A stretch of 64,000 bases of DNA, taken from the NCBI RefSeq assembly GCF_006345805.1, contig NC_042997.1:146320001-146384000 (forward strand), given 5' to 3'. The position numbers and the translations under genes were made by a program. The notes beneath the pieces are model-generated. The model saw only the letters and a program-made list of their open reading frames with translations, was not told the origin of the DNA and made no database searches. Positions 1 through 16,225 of the stretch are shown piece by piece; position 1 is the first letter of the stretch; each line of letters opens with the position of its first letter. This DNA is from Octopus sinensis. Lineage: Eukaryota.

Positions 1-117
1 GGGAGTGGTCAAAAACCATAAAATGTCTGTCAGAAAACTCCTTCCCTTTCCCCATACATCACTAGTATAGAAGGAATGTCTTTATTTAATTTCAATGCAT
101 ACATACAAACATGTATG

Positions 118-218
<101 letters not shown>

Positions 219-240
219 CACACACATATATATATGTATA

Positions 241-559
241 TAGGAGGAGTAGCTTGCTTACCACTACTGCGTGGCACCTTGGCTAGTGTCTTCTACTATA
301 GCCTCGGGCCGACCGAAGCATTGTGAGTGGATTTGATAGATATATGTGTGTGTGTGTGTATGTTTGTGTATCTGTGTCCCCTCGACATCGCTTGATAACC
401 GATGCTGGTGTGTTTATGTCCCCATAACTTAGCGGTTCGACAAAAGATACCGATAAAATAAGTAATAAGCTTACAAAGAATAAGTTCTGGGGTCGATTTG
501 CTCGATTAAAGGTGGTACACCAGCATGGCCGCAGTCAAACTACTGAAACAAATAAAAGA

Positions 560-561
<2 letters not shown>
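241..561 (+). mobile_element. SINE family A (tRNA-derived octopus SINE), partly deleted head
   Basis: Matches the family consensus seen at 36548 and 58459, including the ...CAGCATGGCCGCAGTCAAA...CTGAAACAA tail. Confidence 0.85.
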
Positions 562-603
<42 letters not shown>

Positions 604-660
604 TTGTGGGTGTATATATATATATATATATATACACCCACAAACACACGCACACATACA

Positions 661-1908
661 GACGTGGATGTGTGGTAAAAAGCTTACTTTACAACCACAC
701 GATACCGGGTTCAACTCCACTATGTGGCACCTAGTGCAAGTATCTTCTATTATAGCTGTGTGAGTGGATTTGGTAGACGGAAATTGAAAGAACTCCGCCG
801 TTTATATACAGGGTGGGTGGAAAGTAACGAGGTATTAGAAATTGCTTATAGAGCTTTTAGTATCACTGAAATCATGAGGAAAACATTTTTTTAAACAGAC
901 AACATTAATGGGGGATTTCTTATTGTCTTATTTCTTTTTTTTTTATTTTCCAGATAGCTGGTCTCTTGACTGTTCAGGAGCGAGCTAAGAAGGTAGCACG
1001 CTATGAAGTGTGGAATTCCATTGTTTTGGCCCAGAGATTGTGACATTCATAGAATGGTAAGCATGCAACACTACGTCCGGAGATATTAAATAGCTGTCAT
1101 ACAAAGCTGATGATCATGGGCTCTGTGAAAGATGCAAGAAGTGGCCGTGCTTGTCCAACCACATCCCGATCAGCGGAGAACGTGTCAACAACGATGGAAA
1201 TGTTTAATCGCTGCCCATAAAAATTAACACGTCAAGCAGTTCATAAAAGTGAACAAGACACACAATACGTACAGTGTCGCATAATGAATTGAATGTTTGT
1301 CCGTAAAAACCCCATTACGCGCAGGAGCTAAAACCAGAAGATTGTGACAGCAGAAGTCCAGATCTCACTGCATGTGATTTTCATGTGTGGGGTTACACAA
1401 AATAAGAGCTGTACAAAACAAAACCTCGCACACTGGTGAACTTGGAGACACGGATTCAGGAGGTTCTCAATGATATCCAGGACGACGTCCTTCAAAAAGT
1501 TCATTCCATCCCTGACCGTTTGAAGAAAATGGTAGACGTCACCGGGGCTTACGTTGAAATATGAAGGTTTACTTTCATTTTCCCATGTAATAAAGAAAAT
1601 GTATAAGTTGTTTCAATAAATATATGTACAAGGAATATGGATTTTATTACTAATTTTTAATGCCTATTTACTTTTCACCAACCCTGTATATATGTATATG
1701 ATTGTGTGTGTGTCTGTGTTTGTTCTCCCACCATCGCTTGACAACCGATGTTGGTGTGTTTACGTACCCGTAAGCTAGCGGTTTGGTTTAAGAGACCAAC
1801 AGAATGAGTACTAGGCTTACAAAGAATAAACCTTGGGGTCGATTTGTTCGACTAAAAGCGGGACTCTGGCATGGCCGTAGTCAAATGACTGAAACAAGTA
1901 AAGGAATA
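661..1908 (+). mobile_element. SINE family A split by the mariner at 809-1686
   Basis: Head 661-808 and tail 1687-1908 are collinear with the family consensus. Confidence 0.8.
809..1686 (+). mobile_element. Internally deleted Tc1/mariner-superfamily transposon (DUF4817-type transposase remnants)
   Basis: TIRs CAGGGTGGGTGGAAAGTAA / TTACTTTTCACCAACCCTG with TA on both sides. Remnants LTVQERAKKVARYEVWNSIVLAQRL and RSPDLTACDFHVWGY (from 1352) match the WPPRSPDLTPCDFFLWG motif. Confidence 0.85.
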
Positions 1909-1982
1909 TATATATATATATATATAAAATACAAAATGGGACATGAACGCAAAACATCCGGACAACTAGGTGATACAAAAAG

Positions 1983-2029
<47 letters not shown>

Positions 2030-2032
<3 letters not shown>

Positions 2033-2592
2033 TATGGTGGCTGACCCCTCGTTATCGAGTATGGCCATTGCACGAAGCTTAATCAATATTGTTATCGTGC
2101 AATGCCTGTGCAAGAAGATTTTTTGTTTAAAGTGAGGAAAGGCTGTGCACTGAGTCAGTCGCACTCACTAAGCAACAGCAGCCATAATCCGAAAAGAAGA
2201 ACAAGTCAAAATCATCGGTAACCACTGAGCCGCAGGTTTTATGTCGGCGTTATTCCAGTTACCTGAGTTACCTTCTCCTAGAAGGATGCCCTAACATAGG
2301 CTAGGAGTCCTTCACTCCCAATGGTATAACCACGCGATCGGGTATTCAGTCCGATTATTTCTATGTCCCCGCGCATGATACAGCCTTAAGGTATTTATTG
2401 GATGGCCGTTGACTCTCAAGAGTTCCTCTGCCCTTTGACGGGCTTTGTTTTTCATCCTGCAGGGTGTCCAATAAACACCCTTCCCAACAAGTAAGCTTGA
2501 TGGGTTTGCCGGTTTAGTCGCCGGCGACCCGACCATGCAGCAGGTTGTACTGGGTTACATCTTACCAGTAGCACTCGAAGTGACCTGACACA
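2030..2592. mobile_element. Possible non-LTR retrotransposon UTR fragment (RTE-like)
   Basis: GC-richer island flanked by (TA)n. AGTTACCTTCTCCTAG...GCCCTAACATAGGCTAGGAGTCC recalls RTE-family UTR motifs; a loosely similar island lies at 11990-12190. Resemblance only. Confidence 0.3.
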
Positions 2593-2595
2593 ATA

Positions 2596-2642
<47 letters not shown>

Positions 2643-2651
2643 ATATATATA

Positions 2652-2686
<35 letters not shown>

Positions 2687-2697
2687 TGGTGTGTGTG

Positions 2698-2746
<49 letters not shown>

Positions 2747-2940
2747 GTCGTCCCCATATATATATGTTGTAAATTTATAAATAAAGAAGTGTTGTGGTAT
2801 TTTACTCTTCAAATCAGATGATTAATACATGGAAGATAATGATATACCTTGGATATACAAATTTTGTTTGTCTCAAGAAATTAACAACGGATAGGGTACC
2901 ATTCGCCCGGATTTAGCTAAACTTTATTTTCCTTCGTTAT

Positions 2941-3015
<75 letters not shown>

Positions 3016-3117
3016 CATACATACATACATACATACATACATACATACATGCATACATACATACATACATGCATAAGTAATACATACATAGCTATATTGG
3101 CATATGTGTATGTGCGA

Positions 3118-3176
<59 letters not shown>

Positions 3177-3344
3177 CAGACAGAGAGACAGAGAGACAGA
3201 GAGACAGAGAGACAGAGAGAGACAGAGAGACACAGAGAGAGAGACAGAGACAGAGAGAGAGAGAGATGGATAGAGAGATAGGTAGGTAGATAGACATGAA
3301 TATAAAGATATACTCAGAAACATACTGACATATATATCTATCTC

Positions 3345-3735
3345 AGACGTTGTTGTGTGGTAAAAAGTTTGCTTCCCAACAACATGGTTCAGTGTTCAGA
3401 CCCACTGTGTGACATTTTGAGTAAGTGTATGCTGAGCCAACCAAATCCTTATGAGTTGATATGGTAGACAGAAATTGGAAGAGGCCCGCCGCACTCACGG
3501 ACATATATATATTTAATCTTGTACTTGTTTCAGTCATTAGACTGCGGCCATGCTGACTCACTGGCCTGACATATTTTACTCGAACAACTCGACCCCAGGA
3601 GTTATTATTGTCTTAAAGCCTAGAACTTATTCTATCAATCGCTATTGCCGAACAACTACGTAACAGGGACGTAAACACACCAACACCAGTTGTGAATAGC
3701 TGATTGGGGTGAACAACCAAAGACTCAAAGACATA
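3345..3735. mobile_element. SINE family A: head on plus, tail on minus
   Basis: Head 3345-3500 (+); tail 3516-3735 is reverse-complemented. Confidence 0.75.
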
Positions 3736-3768
3736 CACATAGATATATACATACATAGATATATATAC

Positions 3769-3839
<71 letters not shown>

Positions 3840-4419
3840 CAAAGTTTAGAGGACTGACCACTAAAAGCGGACAGCCTATACGCTAGATATAGACGCCAAA
3901 ATCGCCATTTTCCACGAAAAATGTGTTCTCAAGAAAAAACTCAGCAAAAAATCAAAGTGTCAAAATAAGCAAGACAAATGAAAATATACAAAATAAAAAA
4001 CGATTACCTATGTACTAATTAGTTTCACTTGTTAATATTTACGTATATGGGTACGCAATATCTGCAAAATCATCAGCATAGTCTGTCGTTTACAAAACAC
4101 AATTTCCAGAACTAGATATAGAACGCTCAACCGAAATCCAGTATGTATAAAGTTCTACAATTTATATTTATGTGTATCTTTCAAATGCCTTTACTTTGGC
4201 GCGCTGAGATCGGAAATTACTCTGCAGTTAATAAACTACAGCAGTCAATTTAACGGTTATAGAACATTTTTTTAATTTAAAATTAAATAAGTGGTCAGTT
4301 CTCTAAATTTTGTATGTTAAAAAATTTTTAATCTTCGGATTTTTTTTTAGATATGCTAGGCCACTGGTTTTAATTGATTAATATCCATTTCTACCCTAAT
4401 TGAATTTTATATATATATA

Positions 4420-4825
4420 TACGACGCTTTTCTTTCAGTTTCCGTCTGCTGAATCCATTCACAAGGCTTTGGTCGGCCCAAGGTTACAGTAGAAGACACT
4501 TGCCCAAGGTGCCACGCAGTGCGACTGAACTCGTAACCATGTGGTTGTGAAGCAAGCTCTTTATCACACAACCACGCCTACGCCTATGTATGTATATATG
4601 TATATATATTTATAAATGTATGTGTTTGTGCGCCTTTATGTTTGTACTCCACCATCTTTTGACAGCAGGTGTTAATTTACGTCCCTGTAGCTTAGCAGCT
4701 CGGCCAAAGGCACGATAGAATAACAACCAGCCTTTAAAATAATAAGTAATGGGGTCGACTAAACCCTTCAAGGTGGTGCTGCAGCGTAGCCGCAGTCCAA
4801 TAATTGAAACAAGCAGAAGACAAAT
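4420..4825. mobile_element. SINE family A: head on minus, tail on plus
   Basis: Head 4420-4586 (-); tail 4615-4825 (+). Confidence 0.75.
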
Positions 4826-5051
4826 GATAAAAGACTTTACATATATGTACAGCAATAGCTTGGGATTCAAGGGCCCAAAGCTATTTAATAGTCTGCAAAA
4901 AAAAAAAAAATAAATAATAAAACCTGAGAGACCTACAGAATAGGGGTAAATGTTTTCAAGAAACAACTTGACCTCTTTCTATCCAAGGTCCTAGAAGAAC
5001 CTACATAACGGAAAGAAACACAAAAGACGGTGGCAATATCGAACTCCTTCC

Positions 5052-5643
5052 AAGTCGGCGTGCTGGCAGAAACGTTAGCACGCCGGGCGAAATGCATAGC
5101 GGTATTTCGGCTGCCGTTACGTTGTGAGTTCAAATTCCGCCGAGGTCGACTTTGCCTTTCATCCTTTCGGGGTCGATAAATTAAGTACCAGTTAAGCACT
5201 GGGGTCGATATAATCGACTTAATACCTATGTCTGTCCATGTTTGTCTCCTCTATGTTTAGCCCCTTGTGGGTAATAAAGAAATAGGTATTTCGTCTGTCG
5301 TTACGTTCTGAGTTCAAATTCCGCCGAGGTCGACTTTGCCTTTCATCCTTTCGGGGTCGATTAAATAAGTACCTGTTACGCACTGGGGTCGATGTAATCG
5401 ACTTAATTCCTTTGCCTGTCCTTGTTTGTCCTTTCTGTGTTTAGCCCCTTGTGGATAGTAAAGAAATAGGTATTTCGTCTGTCTTTACGATCTGAGTTCA
5501 AATTTCGCCGTGGTCGACTTTGCCTTTCATCCTTTCAGGGCCGATAAATTAAGTACCAGTTGCATACAGGGGTCGTTCTAATCGTCTCCCCACCCCCAAC
5601 CACCAAACAAAAATTTTCGGGCCTTGTGCCTAGAGTAGAAAAT
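5052..5643 (+). mobile_element. SINE family B trimer with 17-bp TSD
   Basis: Three GTTCAAATT(C/T)CGCCG(A/T)GGTCGACTTTGCC units. The direct repeat AATATCGAACTCCTTCC occurs at 5035-5051 and 5644-5660. Confidence 0.9.
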
Positions 5644-5989
5644 AATATCGAACTCCTTCCTTCGCCAAAAGCCAATCGCATAAGAATTGTCATTCACTGA
5701 CAGTACCCAAGCATGGCCATAGCCTTTGGGCTGAAACGCATCAAAGAATAAAAGAATACACGCACACATACACGCGCGCGCGCTCACATATACACACAAT
5801 ACATATACAGTTAAAACATATACGTATGGTAGCTTGCTTAGTGTACTCTATCGAAAACCGCTATTTGGTCCAGGATGTTGTCTTCATATAAACTAAACGA
5901 ACAATACTGACTGGTATAGTGGCCGAAAATCCAACCCATGTTTAATGTTTTTTTTATGCTTTTTTATTGCTTTGTTGTTGCTCCTATTG

Positions 5990-7700
<1,711 letters not shown>

Positions 7701-8006
7701 GGGTGTATTAAATCTCTGAGTGAGAGGTAGAGAGTAAAATAAATTTATCAATTAAATGTGGCGGTCCCATAAAGGACGATGTTACTGTTGTTTTTAGCCC
7801 CAGGAAGACATCTTCTCTAGTTGGCTAACGACACACTGTCTGTGTCCGATTAGTATTTGTGAAGGGAGGTCATCGCTCATGTCTCTAGCCTTACATGATA
7901 CACACAAATCCGGGTTTCTGAGTAGTTACCCGTTTTCAGTGTATGATAATAACCAGCTAGTGGTATATATATACACACACACACATATATATATAAATAT
8001 ACATAC

Positions 8007-8040
<34 letters not shown>

Positions 8041-8115
8041 AAGTGTGTGTATATATATATATGTATATATGTATATATATGTATGTGTATGTAAGCATCA
8101 CTATATATACATGCT

Positions 8116-8172
<57 letters not shown>

Positions 8173-9155
8173 ATACATACATACACACACGTACATATAT
8201 GTGAGATATTATACACACACACGCACGCACTCATATATGCACAAATATAAAACTATTTTTGTACACATACTTGCTAACACGCACACTTATACACACATAC
8301 ACACAGTATCTGGGGTTGCATCATGTTTGTCTTAGTCGTTCCCAAACACTTACCCATCAGCTCACAACGCCATCAGAATATTAAGGAAAATTATTTGAAC
8401 TCACTCTTTAGTAATAAGTTAATAAATAAGTTCGCTTTCCTATATTTTTTCTGTGTCACAGTGTTGAAGTTTATGGCATGTTTTTTTTCTCTTTGGCTGC
8501 CAATTTCCAGTCTCTTCAATTTCTATTCGAATTGATTTCATATTCGGCGTTATGATATAGTTTTATATGCTAATCAATGCCATGAAAAGATCCAGATACA
8601 GATTCGCAAAAATTCCCCAAAATATCAAAAGTTATGAGGTGTTATATGGCGTGGGTAAAGTAGAATTCTGCCAGTATTTCGTTTGTTTACATTTGACAAC
8701 ACGTACTGTCACGCACAAAATGATAGCTTCCAAATCATATTTTCTGACTTTAAACTTCTATAACTAATTTTTAAAAAAAGTGAAATATCTCCTGAGATTC
8801 AGCTTGGAAAATTACATTAATACACCAAATTTTAAAATTTTCAATACACTCAGAAATTTCCGCAGATGTTGCCAAACAGAACAGATTAATCGGGGATGTC
8901 CTCTTTTTCAATATTCATGCTTCACCTATTAAAAAAAACCCGGTTTATGTAACCATTCAGTTTGCTGAAATTGGAGCCAAATCTCCCAGCAGTTTCATTC
9001 CCTTTAAGGTGATAATATTCATTAGAAAACTCAACGAATATTACAGACACTCACTTCCCCATCACTAATTGTATTAGTTACAGATCACATGTCCTCCAAA
9101 TTATGATGTTGTCAGGTTTGCCTAACTGCCCGGTATGTACATACGTACGTACGTG

Positions 9156-9187
<32 letters not shown>

Positions 9188-9630
9188 TGTATGTATGTAT
9201 GTATGTATGTATGCATGTATGTATGTATGTTTGTATGTATATTATATCTATCTATCTATATATATACACACACATACATATATACATATACATACATACA
9301 TACATACATATATATATATATATGTATGTATGTATGTGTGTATGGTTGATGAGATCCTAAAACATCTTTACAGCTGTTTCGAATATTCAGTGAATAGTTA
9401 ATATTAAAATGCATGCAATGCAAATAGGTGTGCATTATGAAGCAATATAAATCAAAATCATATAAGTAAACATATATCAACGCACATTAATCATGACACA
9501 TGAGTACCTTCATCCGACAAATACAGAACACTATCTTGGGAAGCAAGAGTAGCAAATATAGACGCACATCTATATATGTGAGGATGTATGTATGTATATA
9601 TGTATGTATGTGAAGATGTATGTATATATG

Positions 9631-9677
<47 letters not shown>

Positions 9678-11815
9678 ATACATATGTGTCTCTATGCATG
9701 TGTATACTCCTGTAGATACATACGTTTAAATGTTTATTTCCACAACAATGTCGCTTTTATTCAGCAACAATATCTTCACGCATTACGAAATATTATTATA
9801 ATCGCCAACAAGACAATAACAACAAATAAATGCCTTTCTGCCTGTTTGTCTTTCTCTGTCTCTGTCTCTCTCTCTCTCTTACCCCTTCACTCTTCATTTA
9901 TCGTCATCAATGACACCATAGCCAACACCTGTACCAGGAGTGCCATCAGTGTCTTACTCTGAGTTACTTCCCTTAGTTACATATATTCTTTGCGTTCTAA
10001 AGATAGAAGGATATTAACGAGTATGTTGATCATGTCACTCGATAGCGAGTATATATTGCTTTTTATTTGTTTCCTTTAATGACACATATTTGTTTAATAA
10101 ATCTACGCGCTAATATCTATAGATAAATACTGCAGATAATAGATAACTACAGATAAAAGCGTGATTCTTGAATCTGGATATGTATCAACATATAAATGGG
10201 TATTATAAACACGCATACAGAATTACTCACATGGATATATACGGATTTCAGTATATGCCTATATACCTGAATTTGTTTGTATGTGTTTGTGTAATTTTAG
10301 TAGCCATCAGCCATGTTTTGTAGCTTGAACAAAATTTTGGATGTGCAGGTTGAAATTATAGGAAAAGAGTTATAGACGTTCTCTGTACGGTACATAATAC
10401 AGTATATTATGCATGACTAGAAACAATGGTTTTTTTCTTCTCTGTCATTCATATTGTTTTATATTAAACCACGAACAGGAACATTAAGATTACGGTGACA
10501 CCTTACACCATTATTTTACAGCGTAATGAAAGGGAGACCTGATCATGCTTTACCAATAAAAGTATTCCTTCTGACGTTCTAATTTACACTTTAAAGATCA
10601 GTCTACATTCGTATATGCTCTCATACTCCCATCATTGTATCAGCAAATGTCGGCGAGGTCTCAAAATGGGTGACCAGATCTTTATTTACGTATAATGAAT
10701 GAGCTTCCGCATGCATTCCTATTGTGAGCTTTGTTACCTTGAGTAACTTAAGAAAGCTACACCTGCACAGGATATGGATAGAAGACAAAAACCAGTAAGA
10801 AAAGTAATAAAAATAAATAAATAATAAAATACAAAACTTACTTTATACTTAGAAATATCTTGACAGATTAGATAAATAAGAATTGGATAATTTCTTGAGC
10901 AGATATTTAAATTGTATAAACTTTTATAAAGGTTAACACTATTAAAGCGGGGGAAAAAATCAGCATTGATTCTCTATCATTACACCGACTAACATTAACA
11001 ATGTAAAATAGTAAAGGTTAAACAAGAAAAAGAATAGCTTTGTTGGGGGTATATTACTGTGGAGGAGACGAAAACACAACAATCTGTTCCAAACATGATT
11101 TATTGCCAGGATGCACCGTTAGCTATTCCACAAGTGTCTGTTAACAAGATAAATATCATACAAAATAAGAAAGGTATCCAGCTGTGTTCGCGGCTTAAGT
11201 GTTAAAACTTATGGTGGGATTGAAACCTTATGTACCTACAGCAGCGTTCCCTATGATAAATATTCTCTTGGCGAAGCCTGTTGAAAAGCCTGACAGATAA
11301 AACAGATTTTCAAACGAATGAAAGAGCATCTCGATGTAGTCACTCAACCTACCAGATATAGCAACTAAATCCCAATTGAACTACACTCTACTAATTTTTA
11401 AAAGGACACGATAGATAATGTAGTCTTGTGCGCATCATAGTAGGTGGGGTTGTTGTGGTTAGAATGCATTGGCTGATCCACTTGTTCAGTCAGATCCGAC
11501 TTGGCGCTAAACAGCATGAATGATTACTAATGTTACAGATATTTTTTACGCACTATTTTTATGAAGTAGCCTATATGACATTGGTATTTCAAAATAAACG
11601 TTCTGACTATAGTCATAAAGGAAACAGTATGACCGGAGTTTCATACTCTTGTCACTTTTGTCAAATATGAACTATTTCAAATCACAGATAACGAACTGTA
11701 AACCCAAATTCTATGCATCATAGTCTGTCAAGTTTAAATATCATGTTTTAGATAGTTATTAATCCAATGACTTTAGATAAAAAGAAGTGAGATAAAATAC
11801 CTCTGCACCTAATAA

Positions 11816-11858
<43 letters not shown>

Positions 11859-12845
11859 CATGCAGTCATACATACCACCATATATATATATATATACATA
11901 CATACACACACATATATATATATATATATATACATACATACATACGTACATACGCATATATATATATCCAGGTCTATTCCTCATTTTTTTAGGAGGGCTA
12001 GCCACAACAAGACACACACCAGGCATTCCATTCGTTTCCCAGCTCAAAGAGGCGAGCCCCATCCTATGCTCGGGTCAAGGCATAGAACGTAACCCCCAAT
12101 ATCAGTAGCGGGGCTCGACAACAAATGCTGGGTTACCCCCGCCGCATCATGCTGGTTCCGAATACCTTTCAGCAACTTCAAACTCATCCGTCTACAAACA
12201 CTCTCCAAGCTTTGCTATCCTTTATTAACACTCTGCGCCTGATAAAGTATTTGTAAATGTGTTTAAGAGCACCAGTACCAGTTGCAGTTCCGATGGCTTG
12301 TTTCAAACTACGAAGGAATACATTAATACTAATACTGATTTGTGATATACGTAAAAGGCATGAAATTCAAAGGAGAGACTTAGTCGATAAAACCATCACC
12401 TGTACGTCTGGTACTGTTTCTATCGACTCTAGAAAGGTTGAAATCCCTAGATAAATTCAGTGAAATTTACACTTACAACGTAAAGTGTGAAAATATATAC
12501 CACAAGTATCAAACGATTCTGCCAATCTTTAGAAATCAGCTGAATTTTGCACAAAACAAATAATACGGAAACAGGCAACGTCGATTTGATGAAGGGAGTG
12601 AGATACTGTACGGCACATGCATTTGATCACTATAAATAAATCATTTCTGCAGATCGTTCGGCAAAAAAGGTGAACATTAATACGTCACCTTCAACGGGAG
12701 AGTCCAGCACACACACACACACACACACACATACACACACACACATGCACGCACGCACACACACGTACGCACACACACACACGCACATTGATGTCTTAAG
12801 AGGGCTATTACGCGAATATGTTTATCATCATCATCATCATCATAA

Positions 12846-12918
<73 letters not shown>

Positions 12919-13045
12919 TCCTTTCCTCCTTTCGGGGCCGATAAATTAAGTACTAGTTGCGTACTGGGGTCGATCTAATTTCAGGTCTGGTGCCTAGAGT
13001 AGAAAAGAATATTTTGGAGAAAGAATTATTTCCCACTACTGCAAT

Positions 13046-13429
13046 GTCAACCGGCCGTCGCGTTATCCAGACTTGACAAGCTCCGACTTGTTAGAGTACC
13101 TCAAGGAGATGCTTTATGTCAACAAACTAGAAACCCTGGAGCACTTAAAGGAGAATATCACTAGAGAAATCAGGGAACTGGGCCTTGCAACCCTTACAGC
13201 TGTCATAGAGCATATTTTGGAAAGGGCATGGATGTGTGAACCTGAAAATGGATGCCATTTAGAATATGTAATTTTTCATATGTAATGCAGAGGTATGATG
13301 AAAAAGGACTAATGCGAATTAAGCTCTATTGTCTCCTCTATATTGAATTAAAATTTCATACATCTGTTTGTAAAAATAAGGGAGTTATTAAAAATTAAAA
13401 CACCCTTCAGTTACTTTTGGGCCACCCTG
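13046..13429 (+). mobile_element. 3' fragment of a Tc1/mariner transposon of the same type
   Basis: Translation RYPDLTSSDLLEYLKEMLYVNKLETLEHLKENITREI...GCHLEYVIF resembles the transposase C-terminus. Right TIR TTACTTTTGGGCCACCCTG is followed by TA. Confidence 0.8.
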
Positions 13430-13674
13430 TATATTCATCTATTCACAGATAATTCCCTTTAATAGTAAAAACTTGTCGACTTCAATATAGATCTACATGA
13501 ATGCAGGTAACAAAACACACATACATTAATCAATTAGTTGAGTAATTAACTAAAAAGTAAATGATTAGTCTATCAATCTTCTACCTCACAAATGCAGCTC
13601 GCAACATTTTACCGCCATTTTGTGCCTTGCATACACTGGTTTAAAATGTTTTACAAGGCCAGATGTTTCAATAG

Positions 13675-13850
13675 GGGAATTAAGTCGATTACATCGATCC
13701 CAATGTTCAATTGCTACTTATTTTATTGAGTCCGAAAGGATGAAACGCAAATTCGACCTCGGCGGAATTTGAACTCAGAACGTACAGACGGGCGAAACGC
13801 CGCTAAGCATTTTGCCCGGCGTGCTAACGATTCTGCAAGCACACCGCCGT
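13675..13850 (-). mobile_element. SINE family B monomer
   Basis: Reverse complement of head and core. Confidence 0.85.
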
Positions 13851-16154
13851 ATATCTTGTCTATATTATAATGGAGAAAGCTGCTTATTAATTAGGTATGT
13901 AACAGTTACTAAAAGAAAGTAATTATTAACGACTTGACCGTCTGGAAATCCTTTTATAAATTCATCTAAGAAATTTCCTTTAATTTCGTTTCCTTTAATT
14001 TCGTTTATTGAATATTTGAGCTACAAGTTTTTCACAAATTTAAATATTCGTTGCATTCACTGCAGAGTAGATGTTCATGTTTAATAAACAATATTATTCA
14101 TTTGCTACAGTCTCTCGCCTCTATTTTCATTAATTATAATTTAATATATATTCACTTCAATGTTTTCATTTCAAGTTTTAATTCGCTATTTCCAAAATAC
14201 ACAGTTTATTCTATACATGTTAGGTAAAAAAAAATATTTATTGAATGAATGAATGCTATTAGACTGTATAACTTTGAGCCTTATGATACAAGGCACAATT
14301 TCAATAATAATATCAGTTTCTGGAGTTTGTTAAATGAATATTTTTGATAAAATGAAAATATATTAATATATACCGTTATAATGTTTTTTAAATTAAGAAG
14401 TGATTTTGTTGGTATGGCTATCTTGAACGCTATGAGCCTTACAATAATAACTATGCGATCGCTGATATTTCTAGCAGCTAAACGTAGTTGGGTTACCTTG
14501 AAGTTTGTTTAAATTAGAGATATATTACAACTACGATAAATTACTGAAAGAAATATTTACTAAGCAAGTAATATTTTTTATGAATTGAAGTTTTCAGGAA
14601 AATTTATTTTCTGAACTTCCTTTTATTATTGAATATTTCAAGTTCACAGATTTAAATATTCGGTGCAAGATAGTTTTTAACGAGCTTTTACAGGTTTGAC
14701 TCTCTGGAATTTTATAATTCCTCTGTTAATACATATCGATAAAAAGACAATTTCGAAGCGTCTGTTATAATTTAATATCATATATTTAAATATTCGTTGC
14801 CATGCTTTATGGTCTCTGCAGAGTAAGTTTTAACATTTGATAAACAAAATTAATATGTTCGGGCGAAATTTTTTGTTTTCATTTGCAACACAGTCTCTCA
14901 CTCTCACTCTCTCTCTCTCTCCGCCTCTAATTTTTTTCATTAATAATAATTTACTTAAATCATTGCAATTTTTTCATTTCAAGTTTTATTTCGTAATTTT
15001 AGATGAGGATATCAGGTGTTTTGTTGACTTAAATTCGCTGTGTAAATGCCTTCAATTTATTGTTTATACATACTGGAAAAAATTATATTGGACAACTTGC
15101 TATGGCTATTTGATACGCTAGAGGTATTAAAATATCTCAATGTGATCAGTGCTATTTTTGCTCGCTAAACATAGTTGGACTGCCCTGATATTTGTTTAAA
15201 AAAGAGAGATTATGACTGCAATAAAATAATGAAAGCGATATTTATTAAGCGATTGAGCACTATTATACAAAGAATAATTAGACGTAAAATATCATTAAAA
15301 TTATTAGAATTAGAAATCAAATGTGAAAATATTATCAACTGGCTAGCAGAAAACCGCCCGGAGGGTGGCCTTTCTGGTACTATATATTAATGCATTTAAT
15401 TGTTTTTGTTTGCTTGTTCATCAGTATATGCGCGTGTAATTGTAATTGCGATGATGTGTTGTCCGTGTTTATGGTGGTGTACATGGGCCTCGTGTGAACG
15501 AAATTATATGTGTGTGTGTGTGTGTAAGGTCTGTGGATTCATTTATGTATACGTGCGTGTGGAAGTGTGAGTAGAGGTGTGTGTGGAACTGTGTAATAGA
15601 TAATAATAATTACCTATAAAATTATATAATTTACAATAAAGATTAAGACAAACCAAAATTAGGCGCAGGCATGGCAGGTTAAGAAGCTAGGTTTTTAACC
15701 ACAAGGCTTTAGGTACAGTCCGTCAGCGTGGCCTCTGCTAGAAATATCGACCAAATCTTCGAATGCTGCATGTCGTCTTAACAACGGACTACTTAGGCAA
15801 CGTGATCCTAAATAAAATGTCTGAAAAGAGAAAAATATGAGAATTTTAAGACTTAAATGTTTTCGTATTAAAAGAGTATTTTTGTATTAACCTGAGGCTA
15901 AACAAAAATAATAATTATTCAATCATGTAAACTTATTTTGTATTATCCATATTAATTTAGAGTTTATTTTGATTATTTTATTGTGTTAAATAAACAATGA
16001 CTATCTATGCATACTGACAGCCAATTCCAAGAGACAGTAATTCATACTTTCATTCTGTATACTTTTAGAGTTTTCAGCCATTGGATTGCGACCATACTGA
16101 AAACCGCCGTCACTATACATACATACATACATACTACATACATACATACATACA

Positions 16155-16185
<31 letters not shown>

Positions 16186-16225
16186 GCACATATGATATAT
16201 GGATGTATTTTATTCTTTTATACTT

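Noticed and set aside
11040-11100. VGGILLWRRRKH, resembling a transmembrane stop-transfer end
   Set aside because: No polypyrimidine acceptor, and the frame closes after a few codons.
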